Source: Lama glama
Lineage: Eukaryota
Length of the DNA stretch: 64,000 bases
NCBI GenBank assembly: GCA_028534125.1
Contig: CM052816.1
Location: 15,316,001-15,380,000, forward strand
Direction of reading: 5' to 3'
Below are positions 12,701 through 27,600 of the stretch, in pieces (within the stretch, counting starts at the first letter, position 1; every line of letters starts with the position of its first letter). The translations under genes were made by a program, and so were the position numbers. The notes under the pieces were generated by a model, which had not been told where the DNA came from, ran no database searches, and saw only the letters and a program-made list of their open reading frames with translations.

Positions 12701-15700
12701 CCTAGAAATGTTTACTCTTTGTTTGGCTATAGTTCCTTGGTCCATGGTTTGGAAGATGCCTAAAGACAGAAAGTTGGAGTGAATGTAGGGTTCATCTCAT
12801 GTGTTCCATTCTTTCAGTGATCATAGCCCTAGCCCTAACCTAACTGATCATCAAGATATAAAACAATAAAAGTTGACCCAGAAGTGAATCTAATATAGGA
12901 GTCAAAGAAAAGAACTTCAAAATAGCTATTAGGTATATTAAAGAAAATTGAATGCCATTTGCAGCAACATGGATGGACCTAAAGATCATCATTCTAAGTG
13001 AAGTAAGCCAGAAAGAGAAAGAAAAATACCATATGATATCACTCATATGTGCAATCTAAAAGAAAAAAAAAGACACTATGAACTCATCAACAAAACATAA
13101 ACGGACTCTCAGACTTAGTAAACAATCTTATGGTTACCAGGGAAAGGGAGTCAGAGTGGATAAATTTGGAAGTTTGATATTTACAAATGTTAGCCACTAT
13201 ATATAAAAATAGATTTTAAAAAAAGTTTCTTTAGTATAGCACAGGGAACTATGTTGAGTATCTTGTAATAACCTTCAATGGAAAAAAATATGAAAATGAG
13301 TATCTTTATGTATATGCAAGACTGGGACATTGTGCTGTACACCAGAAATTGACACATTGTAATTGACTGTACTTCAATTGGAAAACAAAAAAGAAAATTG
13401 AGGGGGAAAAAATGGAGAAACTGGAAGAAAAAATAAATTCCAGCATAGAACCACCTTATAAAAACACCATATCAATAATTACATTTAAATGTAAATGATC
13501 TAAACAAACCAATTAAAAAACAGAGACTGGCAGAGTGGGTTACAAAACACGACCCAAATATACACTGTCTACAAGAAATCTAACTTCAGTATAATGACAC
13601 ATGCAGTTTGAAAGAAAAGGATAAAAGCATTTATCAGGCAAACATTAATCAGAGGAAAGCAGAGTAGCCATATTAATATCAGATAAAGGAGACCTCAGAA
13701 CAAAGAAAATTGAGAGATAGAGAGTTTATATAATGATAAAAGGGTCAATCACAAAGAAGACATAGCAATTCCGAAAATGTACATGTACCGAAATAACAGA
13801 GCTCTAAAATGTGGGGAAAAAAGTAAGGGAACTAAAAGAAGAAAAAGACAAATGAACAAATATGGTTGGAGATTTCAACGCCCTCTCTCAACAACTGTTA
13901 TAACAATTAGACAGACATTCAGAAAGGATGTAGAAGAACTCTATACCATCTGTTAACAGGATCTTATTGGCTTTACAGAACACTCCACCCACCAAAAGCA
14001 GAATATACATTCTTTTCAAATGCCCATGTAATATAGAACCATATCCTGATTGTAAAACAAACCTCAAAAATTAAAGAACTGAAATCATACAGAATGTGCT
14101 CTCTGATCACAACGGAATCAAACTAGAAATCATTAACAAAAAGATAACAGGAAAATTTTCAAACATTCAAATGTTTAAAACTAAACACATATCAAAATAA
14201 TCCATGAGTCAAAAAAAAAGTTTCAAGTGAAATATAAAAAATACAATAAACTGAATGAAAATGAAATACGATAGATCAAAATTTGTACGATACAGCTAAA
14301 GCAGTGCCGAGAGGGAAATTTACTGCACTAAATATGTACAACAGAAAAGAGGAAATGTCTCAAATCAATCATCTAAATTCCCAACTCAAGAGCCCAGAAA
14401 AAGAAGAGCAAAGTAAACCCAAAGCAAGCAGAAGGAATGAAATAATAAAGAATAGAGTGGAATTAAGTCAGAGATTAGCAAAAAGAAAGTTTTGAAAATG
14501 AATCAACCAAGTTTATTCTCTGAAAAGATGAACAAAATTGACCAACCTTTAGTCAGACTTACTACGAAAAAACCCAGAAGGATCAAATTACTAAAATCAA
14601 GAATGAAAAGGATATTAATGCTGACCATATAAAAATAAAAAGGATTATGAGAGAATACTATGGAACAATTGTATGCCAACCAATTAGATAACCTAGATGA
14701 AATGGACAAACTCCTAGAAAGACATAAACTATCAAAACTGACTCAAGAAAAAAAAAAGTCAGTCTAAATAGATCTGTAAAACAAGACTGAATTAGTAACC
14801 AAAAATCTTTCCACTGACCAATCTTACTCCTAGATATATACCGAACAGAAATGATTGCTTCAAAAGACATATACAAGAATGTTCATAGCAGCTTTATTGG
14901 TAATAGCCAAACTCTAAAAACAATACAAATGTCCATCACAAAAGACTATGGCATATTTATACAATAGAATACTAACCAAAGATTAAAAAGAGCAAACCAC
15001 TGTATAATGGAACAACATGGATATAATTCTCACATAAATAATATTGAGTGAAAAAAATTAGATACCAAAGAATACTTATTGTATTATCCTATTTATATGA
15101 AGTTCAAAACAAGAAAACTAATTTTTGGCAACAGAAGTTAGAATTGTGGTTACTCTTGAAGGAGGGTACTGACTAGAAGGGGGCATAGGTGAACCTTCTG
15201 GGGTCCTGTTCTAGTTGCTACATAGGTACATACATACATAAAATGTCAAGCCATGTAATTAAGATATGGCAGTTTACTGTATTTAAGTTATACCCAGTTT
15301 AAAAGTACTATGTTTTTTTTCCATCATTTAGAGTTTGAGATAGATTTTTTAAAATAAATTTCTGATTTACTCTGCAAATTTAGGAGAGCCATTAAAATGA
15401 ATTTATTAAGTCTTCCAATTGCTAATTTGTTTATCCAGATTGTTAACTCACACTTTCCTAAATTGTATTCTACTAATTACCTTGAATAATTGGTATACCC
15501 TTGTTAGAATAGGATACAAAGATACCTTATTCAGAAATAAAGAAATATATGTCTTGAGAATTTTTTATTAAAAAAGATACTAATTCTTAGGAGTTCTACA
15601 AAGATGGCTTCAAATTCTTTCTCACACCCTCCCATTAAGATATAAATTTTACCTCCCCCTTGACTGCTTTAATCCATTAAAGACAGTGAAAATGATATTG

Positions 15701-18700
15701 TGTCAGTTCTTAGCTTTTCTCTTACAATGCTATCGGTAATCCTTGGGATCTAGCTACTATTAAAGCCCATGTAAGAGATTACCCATGGCAAAAGAGAGGT
15801 CTGACTTCCAACCATCACTAACAATGTGCCAGACATGTGAGTTAAACCATATTTCACCCAGCCTCTGTCTGACAGCAACTGTATGAGAAAGTGCCCCCAA
15901 TGAAAAAGAACAGAATAACCATCCAATCAACATAAAAAATGATGAAAAATAAAAATGTCATTGTATTAAGTCACTATGTTTCAAGTGATGTGTAATGCAG
16001 TAATATACAACAAAATAGGAATTACCATCGATAATGATGTGCTTACTTAATCACATCTCAAAAAACATTTGTACTTCCAGGTAATTTTCTTGTCATTAAA
16101 CCTGTCTTAAAAACTCAGACAGCTCTGATTTCTTTGTATTTGATACATGCTTTGTAGATACACAGATATCTATGCGCTTACAGAAGAAGTAGAAGAAAAA
16201 TGGTTCTTGGATTGATCTATGACCAAACATGCTGGAAAAGTTTTAGGAATCCAGCACTGTTTTATTAACAAAAGCATACATTTGCTAAGTAATACCCTTT
16301 GGAACACGTTTGTTTTGAAAATTTGTGCTGCCAACAGAAAATCTATATTAAATATGTTTTGCAACTGTTAGTATATGTAAATAAAGAAATATCAGCATAT
16401 ATAAAATATTTCACTTTTACTGTCAAATTTTTTCTATGATTTCTCTAACAAATAATGCTATTTTAAAAAATTGGGTTAAATAAGAGTCAGTGTAATGCTA
16501 GTGGCAAAAAATTCAGCTGAAAAAAGAAGACCCAGACTTGGGCAGGGCCACCACTTCCTGTTACACAATCTACACAAATAATTGTGGTGGGCCCAGGACT
16601 CTAACATCTGCTAACTAACTGAATGACTTGAGACAAAATTCTCCCAATTTTGTTGTTTCTTAGTTTTTTCACAGTTATAAAATAAAGAGTCTGACCTAAG
16701 CTTCTAACTTAGAGATGTTACGTTGATAGGATTAAACGTAATATTTATCTTGGATACAAAATGCTTGAACAAGAACTCTAATTCTAGGTTATCCTGAAAA
16801 GAAGCAAACAAATGCTTTATAGGTTACCCATAGAGTACATTAGTCAATATATTCTGAGGATCAGTTTGCTTTATAAGTTTTAATATGAAGCTACAAAAAC
16901 TATAGAAAGATGTCTATTATCTCCAAAATTAGTTTTATCAGTAATAACTCTAAAGCCAAATATATTACTTTAGGGTTGTATGTTACTGTCCTTTTCCAAA
17001 AGTATACTCAGTCATTAATTGTGTTAAATTTAGAATCAGGTTAAGAAATTATATGAACCAGGGGAGTGGATATAGCTCAGTGGTAGAGTGCATGCTTAGC
17101 ATGAGAGAGATCCTGGGTTCAATATCCAGTACCATCAAAAAAAAAAAAAAAAAAAAAAAAGAAAGGAAAGAAAAAAGGAAATTATACAAACCAGAAACCA
17201 ATCAACTGGACTGACAACAGAAGAACAAACTAAACCCAAAACTAGCATAAAGAAGGAATAACAAAGATTAAAGCCGAAATAAGCAAAGAACAGAAAACAA
17301 CAGGGAAAAATCAATGAAAATAAAGTTGGTTCTTTGGAAAGATCAACAAAATTAACAAAATTCAATGAACTATGAAAAAGAGAGAAGACTCAAAGTACTA
17401 AAATCAGAAATGAAAGTGGGGACATTACTACCAATGCAATACAAATAGAAAAGATTACTATGAACAACTGTACACCAACAAACTGAATAACTTTGATGAA
17501 GTGGACAAATTCCTAGAGACAAAAAAACCTACCAAGACTAAATCACAAAGAAACAAACTCTGAATAGACCTGTAACTAGCAAGGAGATTTAATCAGTCAT
17601 AAAAAGAAACAAAGAAAGTTTCTTTCTACCAACAAAGAAAACCTCTGGAATTGATGGCTTCACTGGTGTATTCTACCAAACATTTAAAGAAGAATTAACA
17701 TGAATTCTTCTCAAACTTTTCCAAAAAACTAAAGAGGACAGAATATTTTTTAATTCATTCTATGAGGCCAGCATTGACCTGATACCAAAGCCAAAGACAC
17801 TACAGCAGAATAAAACTACAAATCAATATTCCTTATGAACACTGATGCAAAAATATTCAACAAAACACTAGTGAACCAAATTCAGCAACATATTACAAGA
17901 ATTATACACCATGACCAAGTGAGATTTATTACAGGAGTTCAAGGATGGATCAACATACGAAAATTGACTGATATAATATACAACAGTAATAGAATAAGGG
18001 GAAAAAAGCACATGATCATCTCCATTGATAAAGAAAAAGCATTTCACAGAATTCAAAATCCTTTCATGATAAAAACACTCAACAAGGGGAAGATATATCT
18101 TAGCGATAAGAGTACATACTTAGCAAGCACAAGGTCCTGGGTTCAATCTCCAGTACTTCCATTAAAACAAACAAACAAAACTAGTATTACCTCTCCCAAA
18201 AAAGAGTTTAAAAAAAAAAGATGAGGATAAAAACGGGGATTAAAAAAAACTTAAAAAGAGGGGGAGGGTATAGCTCAGTGGTAGAGTGAATGCCTAGCAT
18301 GCACAAGGTCCTGGATTCAACCCCCAGTACCTCCATTTAAAATAAATAAATAAATACCTAATTACCTCCCCCCAACAAAATTTTTTAAATAAATAAAATA
18401 AATAAAAATAAATTTAAAAAATTTTAAACTTAAAAAGAAAGAAATCAATTGGACCATTAAAAAAATAGAAAAAAAAAACCACTCAACAAATTAAGACTAG
18501 AAGGAAACTATCTCAACATACTAAAAGCCACATAAAAAAACCCCACAGCAAACATCACACTCAATGGTGAAAGACTAAACGGTTTTCCTCTAAGATCAAA
18601 AACAAGGCAAGGATGCTCACTTTCACCACTTCTATTCAACACAGTACTGGAAGTTCTAGCCAGAGCTATTAAGCAAGCAAAAAAGGCACCAAGATTGGAA

Positions 18701-21605
18701 AGGAGAAGTAAAATCATCTCTGTTCACAGGTAATATGCTCTTGTATGTAGAAAACACTGAAGACCACACGCACACACACACAAATTGTTAGAATAAGTGA
18801 ATTCACCAAAGTACCAAGATATAAAGTAATACACAAAATTTAGTTGCATTTCAGTGCATTTTTTAAAAAAAATTGGGAGGGTAATTAGCTTTACTTACTT
18901 ACGTACTTATTTATTTAAGGAGACACTGGGGATTGAACCGAGGACCTTGTGCCTACTAAGCAGGTGCTCTACCACTGAGCTATACCCTCCCCACCAATGC
19001 ATTTTTGATGAACAATATGACAAGGATATCACAAAAACAATTCCATTTATAATAGCATCAGAAAGAAAAAAATACTTAGGAATTAACTAAGGAAGTAAAA
19101 TACTTGTACAATGGAAACTACAAAGCATTGCTTTAAGAAATTAAAGCCATAAATAAAGGGATTGTTCACGGACTAGAAAACTAGATGGAGCACATGGGAT
19201 TTTTAGAGCAATGAAATTATTCTGTATGATACTACAGTGGTGGCTACATGTTATCATGCATTTGTCAAAACACATAGAATGTACAACATCAAGAGTGAAC
19301 CCTAATGTAAACTATGGACTTTGGTTGATAATATTGTGTCCATGTTGGTTCATTGATTGTACCAAATATGCCACACTGATGAAGCATGTTGAGGATAGGG
19401 GAGTATACATGTGCGGGTGGGGAGGGCTATGTATGAACTCTGTATTTTCTGCTATGAACCTGAAACTGCTCTAAAAAATTTAAGTCTATTAATTAAAAAA
19501 AGAAAAATAGAAATGTTAGTATAGCTACTATGCTCTTTAACATGGATTGATTTTAGTCCTTTGATTTTTTTTGTACCAGTGTTTAATAGCGACAGAAATC
19601 ACAACATAGAGATAGTTTTCATTTTTAAAAAATTACTGCTTGCAAATAACCATATGTGGCCAAACTGACTGCATGTGTTGACTCAATTTTTGGAAGAAGT
19701 AATCTTAGTCATATTTGCTACAAGACTTCCTGTTCTCTGAAGAAAATGTCACTTTGAGAAGATTGCATAAAATTTTTTTTAAAGCGGTGCAAAAAAATAA
19801 AAAAGGAAAACTTAATATTATTAAGATGCCAGTACTATCCAAACCAATCTACAGATTCAATGCAATCCATATCAAAAATCCAATGGAGTTTTCTGCAGAA
19901 ACAGAAAGGCTCATCTTAAAATTCATATGCAATCTAAGGGAACCGTAAATAGCCAAAACAATCTTAGACAAAAAAACAAAGCTGGAGGACTCATATTTCT
20001 TGATGTCAAAACTTATACAAAGCTACAGTAATCACAGCTTTGTAGTTCTGGCTTAAAGACAGACATATAGACCCACGGAACAGAATAGAGAACCCAGAAA
20101 TAAACCCATGCATATATGGTCAAATGATTTGTGACAAGGATGTCAAGATGACTCAAATGAGAAAAGCCAGCCTTTTCAACACTGATGCTGGGAAAACTGG
20201 ATATCCACATGCAAAAGAATGAAATTAAACCCTTACCTAACACCATATACAAGAATTAACACAAAATGGATCAAAGACCTAAACATAAGAGCTAAAACTA
20301 TAAAACTGCTAGAAGAAAACACAGGAGAAAAGCCTCATGATACTGGATTTGGCAATGATTTCTTGGATATGACATCAAAGGCACAGGCAACAGCAACAAC
20401 AAAAAAGACAAACTACTTAATTAAAAATGTTTGTGCACAAAAGAACACTACCAACAAAATAAAAAGGCAACCCACAGAATGGGAGGAAATATTTATATAT
20501 CATATATCTGATAAGGGATTAATGTCCAGAATATATAAAACTCATCAACAAAAACAACCTAATTCAAGAATGGATTTGAATAGACATTTCTTCAGAAGAT
20601 ATACAAATGGCCAATAACCATATGAAAAGATGCTACACATCACTAATCATTAGGGAAATGCAAATCAAGCTACAAACATTAAATTAAAAAAAAAAGAAAA
20701 TAGGTGTTGGTGAGGATGTGAAGAAATGAGGACCCCTGTACACTATTGGTGTACTATTATGGGTGAGAATGTAAAATGGTGTAACTGCTGTGGAAAAATA
20801 GTATGGTGGTGGTTCCTCAAAACATTAAACATAGAATTACCATATGATCAAGCAATCCTACTTCTGGGTATATACCCAAAAGAACTGAAAGCGAGGACTC
20901 AAACAGATATTTGTACACCAATGTTCATAGCACCATAATTCACAATTGCTAAAGCATGAAAGCAACCCAAGTGTCCATTAGTGGATGAATGCATAAGCAA
21001 AATGTGGCATATACATACAATAAAATATTATGGCACCCCAATGTTCATAGCAGCACTATTTACAATAGCCAAGACATGGAAACAACCTAAATGTCCATCA
21101 ACAGATGACTGTATAAAGAAGTTGTGATGTATTTATACAACAGAATACTACGCAGCCATAAAAAATAATAAGTTAATGCCATTTGGAGTAACATGATGGA
21201 CATGGAGATTGTCATTCTCAACGAACTAAGCCAGAAAGAGAAAGAAAAACATCATATGATGTCACTTACATGTGGAATCTAAAAAAATGACACCAATGAA
21301 CAAATTTATAAAACAGAAACAGACTCATAGACATAGAAAACAAACTCATGGTTACCAGGGAGTGGGGAAAGGGCTGGGAAGGGATAAACTGGGAGTTTGA
21401 GATTTGCAGATACAAAGTACTACATATAAAACAGATAAACAACAAGTTTCTCCTATATAGCACAGGAAACTATATTCATTATCTTGTAGTAACCTATAAT
21501 AAAAAAGAATATGAAAAGGAATATATGTATGTATAGGTATGACTGAACTATTATGCTATACACCAGAAATAGACACAACATTGTAAACTGACTATACTTC
21601 AATTT

Positions 21606-21648
<43 letters not shown>

Positions 21649-24600
21649 GTAGCCTTAAAGAATGAAGAAATTCTGACATATGCAAAAACATGGGTGAATC
21701 TGAGGACACTATACTAAATGAAATAAGCCAGTCACAAAAAGACAGATATTGTATGATTCCACTTGTACGAGGTACTTAATGTAGTCAAAATCATAGAGAT
21801 AAAAAGTGATATGGTGATCACCAGAAATAGGAAGACATGGGGAATGAAAAGTTGTTTAATTATAGAGTTTCAGTTTTATAAGATGAAAAGAGTTCCAGAG
21901 ACAGGTGGTACTGATGGTTGGACAACATTATGAATGTATTTAATATCACTTAAAAATAGTTAAGATGGTAATTTTATGACATGTATACTTTACCAAAATG
22001 AAAAAATGGAAGAAAATAAAAGCACAAGAAGTATGTTGGAAATGACATAGCCAGGCCTACCTTCTGTACTGTTTCCTACATTAACAGATTTATTATTGAA
22101 AATTAAGCAAAACATTGTACACTTCCCCTTCCCTCTCTGACAACACAAAATTTTCAAAATCTTTACTGATATCATAATAATTATTCAAAAAAATTCTCAA
22201 AAGCTTAAGCAGACATGACCCTTTCTTCCCATAAAATCTCAAGTGAAGACAATTTAAAATTACCATGCAAGCCTCCATTAAGGCAGTATGCATCTCATCT
22301 GTTTTGTGCTCTTGATCTGCACCAGCATCAAGCAGAAAGCGAACCATATCCAAATGGCCTTAAAAAAAAAAAAAAGAACACAAATTTTAAAACTATATTT
22401 CTCAAGAGTTGAGTATCAATTTAACATGTAAGTATTAAAATGGGGCATCTTTTTCTTTCAGATGTCTATACAAAAATTTATAAGAGAACTTATTTTGCAT
22501 TCAATAAATAAATCAACAGTTTGTTACAAAGCCAATCCAAATAATAAGCAGGCTCTCGTCAAGGTCTTATCTAGGTTTTAAAGATTGAATTAGTCCACAT
22601 TAGCACATTAATTCAAGTTAAGTAAAGCACTACTACTTATTCTTTGATTTAATCTATATAAACTACCAAATCAAAACACTGAAATCAAATAGAATGCCAG
22701 GTAAAGTTATGTTTGGATCACATTTTTCAGAAAAAAAGCTTTAAAATAATAACCATAAACTCACTGTGGCAATGAGCAGGCACAGAAAACTCCATTCAAA
22801 ACAATTTCAACCCTCTTGATACATTTAATATATAAAAAGCCTTAACAGTCAATAAGAAAAAGACAAACACTCCAGTAGAAAAATGGATGAAGGACATGAA
22901 ATGGTAATTCAAAAAAGAAATGAAAATGAATATTAAACTGATGAAAAAATATTAAACCTTCCTACTAAACAAATGCAAATTAAAATGAAACACCATTTTT
23001 TACTATCAAAATGGCAAATATTAAAAAGAATGATAATACCCAGTGTTGGTGAGGGTGTAGGGTGGGGTAAAGGGCACTCTCAAACACTGCTGGTGGGAGT
23101 GTAAATTGGTTCAACCTTTCTAGAAGGCAATTTGGCAATATGTATCAAAAGCCTTAAAAGTGTCCATACCCTTTGACCCAGCAATTCCACTTCCAGGAAT
23201 TTATCCTAAGGAAATAATCAGAGATTAGGCAAAGATGTCTGTACAAGGATGTTATCACAGTGTTTTTAATAATAGTGAAAAATTGGGAACAATTCAAGTG
23301 TCCAACAATAGGCAATTATGGTGCATCCATTTGATGTATTTGGCAGAGATTGCTAGTCCCCTACCCAATATCCATTCTCTCATTTTTCCTTAATAACAGA
23401 ACTCCAATTTCATCTCAGTGGCAACATGCTTGACTAAAAGACTACATTTTCCAGCCTCCCTTGCTGCAATGTGTAGCCAGTGAGATGTAAGAGGGAGTTA
23501 TAAGGCAGGACTTCTAGGAAAACTCCCTAAACGTAGCTTACTAAATTAGAATGCACTCCTCATTTTGCCCTTACCCTCTTCATCCTTCCTAGAATATGGA
23601 TTGCTGGAGCCCTACCTACCATCTTTGATTATAAGTAACCTACAGGATAGAAACCACATACTAGGACGGTGGAGAAGAAAAACAGAATGCTGAGCTCTTG
23701 ATAACAATGGAACTGCCTTATTAGCTCTAGATGCCCTACACTTGGAATTATTTTATGTAAAAGAGAGAAGCCTTCTCTTTTCTTAGAATCATTATTAATT
23801 TAGGTTCTGTGACATGCAGCCAAAGCCACTCCTAACTGATATAGTGAAATACTATGTGACCATCAAAAGCTGTATTACAAAAGTATTTATTGAGATGGGG
23901 AAATGTTCATGATGTACTGCTAAATAAAATAAACAGACTATAAAATAGTGTTAGAGTATGATTGTTTGGTTTTAAAAATGTATATATAGAGTTGACCCTT
24001 GAGCAATAGGGAGGGTTAGGGACATGGACTCCTAGTGCAATCAAAAATCCACATATAACTTCAGAATTGGTCCTCCAAATCCTTGATTCCACATCCAAGG
24101 ATTCAACCAACCTTTGACTGTGTAATAAAACAGTACCTATTTATTTTTTTAAATCCATGTATAAATAAACCTATGTAGTTCAAATCCATGTTGTAAGAGT
24201 CAACTGTATATATATTTGTTTAAAAACACTGGAAGTAAATACACTAAATATTGTTTATGTGCTTTTTAAATCTTTAGATGGTAGCATTACATGTCATTGA
24301 AAAAATTCTTTTCTTTATGCTATTCTGTGTTTCCTTAGGTTTTCTGTATCACATGTTATTATAATTTGAGTGTGTATTATTTTTGAAATAAAGGTTGGAA
24401 AAATCATATAAAACAAAAGTTATTAAAGAATGGAAACCCTCTAAATCTGACCTAAGAATTTTGGTTGAATTTATAGCTAATTGAATAAATCTGAATTAAA
24501 ATAATAAAGAAACATACACTATGAAACTATACTTCAGGAAATACAGGCTAAAATGGACTTTCTATATAATCTCTTACAAGCTGGATAATTATATAGCACA

Positions 24601-27600
24601 GGGAAAGTATAAGCAATATAAAATTAACTTAAATACTCAATATTCAAATATTTAAATATTCAAAGTTGCTACAAAAAAACCCCTATAAATATTAATACAT
24701 ATATAGAGTACCTTTGTAGCATGCAAGTGTAAGAGCACTTTCTTTGAATTCGTTAGAATGAGTGTTGATGCCTGCCCCATGATCTAGAAGAACTCTTGCA
24801 ACTTCCACATGACCTGCACTGGCTGCTTCCATTAAGGGGGTATGTCCATTTTCATTATGATCTTCTATATTTGCTCCTTCATTAAGTAGCACTTTCACAA
24901 TATCAACAAATCCTCCAGCACAGGCGTAAGTCAGTGCAGTATTTCCTAACAAAGAACAAAAAGAAACATAAAATTATGATAAAAATGGTATGATTATACT
25001 TTGATAAAGCTACTGCTCTAGTTCTCTCTCTCCAATTACCTTACACAAACCATTAGAACTATCATCTCAAGTTTCTCTCTTCTTTTGGTTAGAAGTATCA
25101 TCTTAATTTTTTTTACTGATTAAAAGGTTTTTTATAAACAGGCCAATTTACCCCCGTCCATATTTCCTTCATTTGTAAAATAAGATTAAGTGCCATTTTC
25201 AAAAATCACTTTCAACATATTTTAATCTAAAATATTCTAATGTACTATTTGAAAGTGTTCCTTTTTCTTTCAACACTGTAACAACTTAAAAACCCTTAAT
25301 ATTTTCTTTCTTTGTATATTCATTTCTTTATTTTCTTTTACCTCTCTTTGTCTTTATAGATTTATTCATAAGACAATTCATTGTTTTAGGTACATTTTCT
25401 TCCTGAAACATATCTTTAATCTACATGTATGTGACACAGTGAGACAGACATAAATCCCTCTCAGCATAATACCTTCAAAAGAATAATTTATTTAAAAGAT
25501 CATTATCCGCTCATTTGCCACTTATTTCTTTCCTGATTTTTTTTAATTCTTATTTTTTATTGAAGTATAGTCAATTTCACATTAGCTTCAGGTGTACAGC
25601 AAAGTGATTCAGTTATACATACAAATGCATATATATAATTTTTTGTTTTGTTTTGAGGACTTTTATTTATTAAAGGGAGTAGAGAGATTGTTTAACCATC
25701 CAACAGTATAAGACTGAAGATTATTTCAAAGGTTCAGAAAGAAAACTATCATTTCAGAACCTAATTTGCTCAGAATTCAACTGTTTGTTATAACAGTCTC
25801 AGACACTAAGGATATTAATATTACCACAACTAAGACAAGGTGGTCAGCAAAGTGACCTAAAATCCCTTCTAGGAAGTTGTGCTCAGTATAAAAATAAATT
25901 AGGCTACATTTAACATACACTTAATGGTATGAGAAACACTGATATGCTTTCATTATTTAAATTGTCTTTTAAACCATGTGGTTGTATCACTGAACCTGAG
26001 GAATCTACCTATAACTCAAGACATATGACCAAAGCTTATAAATAACAAAAAGAGTTGTCCTTACTAGAGTAACTTTCATGCTGCCACAGAGTATCTTATT
26101 ATTACTGCATTCTGTACACTTGACATGAAAAACCCTATAAAGTTTTGACTCTCAGGTTAACCCATAACCTAAAATCAAGGGAGTTGTAGTTAAATGAGAT
26201 AAAGAATTGTAAAAGATATGGTTCATAAGTTTGCCTCCTTATATATTATATATCATTGTGGCCAAAAAGAATTGTCCCCAGCAGAAAAACTGTCAATCTT
26301 GACCAAACAGAATCTAAGTGTGTTTTAAAGATAGATATTTTGAAGATATCAAATTAAGCTGTATTTTACTCAGAGACTCAACAAGGGCTGATTTTTCTGT
26401 AGGTTTACAATTGGTTTTCCCTAGGAATCAAATTTTTATCTCTCAGGTTATAATTAATTATATCAATTTATCTTCCTCAAATTAACACATCATTTTCTAC
26501 ATACCTGTTGCAGACTGGGAGTTGACATCTGCATCATGAAGAAGTAATAATTTCACAATATCTAAATAACCTCCACTGGATGCTGCCATTAGGGGTGTTA
26601 TATCTCCTTTATTCCCCCTATCTTCAACATTAGCATGCATAGCAAGCAATACCTTTAAAACACACATACACACAGAGAGAAATTGTCAATTCTTACTACT
26701 TATAGCATTTCTAAAGAATAAACTGGATCTGAGAAGATATTCTTTTACAGAAGAGGTCAGGAAAAATAAAAAAAAATCATCTTTTAGAAAAATATGCCAG
26801 TGTTCACTGCTCAAAACACCAGGTTAGATGATATATTTTATAATATAATTCATTACATATTAATCTTCAAGTAAAATAGGTAACCACATTAATCATCCAG
26901 CTATAAAATCTAACTGCTCCTGCCAAAGAATTTGTTATGCACTGGATTATCTAGCAAGAGAACAGGAAAACTATACTCACAAGACATAAACTAACCAGTA
27001 AACACATGGCTATTTCCCCAAACTGTTTTAAGAGAAAAAAAAAATTAAAAGAATTAGGGTAATCCAGATGAAATAAAAATAAATAACATCTTCCATTATA
27101 GTTGTATATTATTTCTAAGGGCAAGTTTAAAATATTTTTATTATTTCTATGTGTGTCTTATTCATTAGGACTACCCTTGAGTAACTGGCAGAAAAATAGA
27201 CTATGCCCAGTTGCATGAACAGGCAACAAAAATTAATTATACATTAGTTTCTATTTTACCTACTGCCAAAAAGGAAAGACCTTGACTTCTAATTATAATT
27301 TCTTTAATTAATGATAAAAATAAATAAAACATTAAAACTTCCCTAATTTTGATTACTAAAGATTATTTCTGCTTACTTGTGCTAATTCATAATACCCAGC
27401 TGAACAAGCCAAACACAGAAGGCTTTCTCCTTCTTCTGTATGTTCATTTACACTTCTGCCTTCATCTAGCAATTTACGAACAGCATTCACATCCCCATCT
27501 GAACAAGCTTCTGCCAGACTGCGACTGAAAACAAAACCAACACAGAAAGACTCAAGGTCCTATGATAATGAATTAAATACATAGTTAGTCGTACACAGAA

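Larger units (their letters stand above)
17190..21995 (+). mobile_element. About 4.8 kb L1 (ORF2 RT to 3' UTR), decayed, with nested insertions
   Basis: [10 protein letters not shown]...IIHHDQV (RT), [38 protein letters not shown]; many frameshifts. Confidence 0.92.

Noticed and set aside
17835..20938. Reverse-transcriptase-like ORFs as functional genes
   Set aside because: They are fragmented, frameshifted L1 ORF2 interrupted by insertions.
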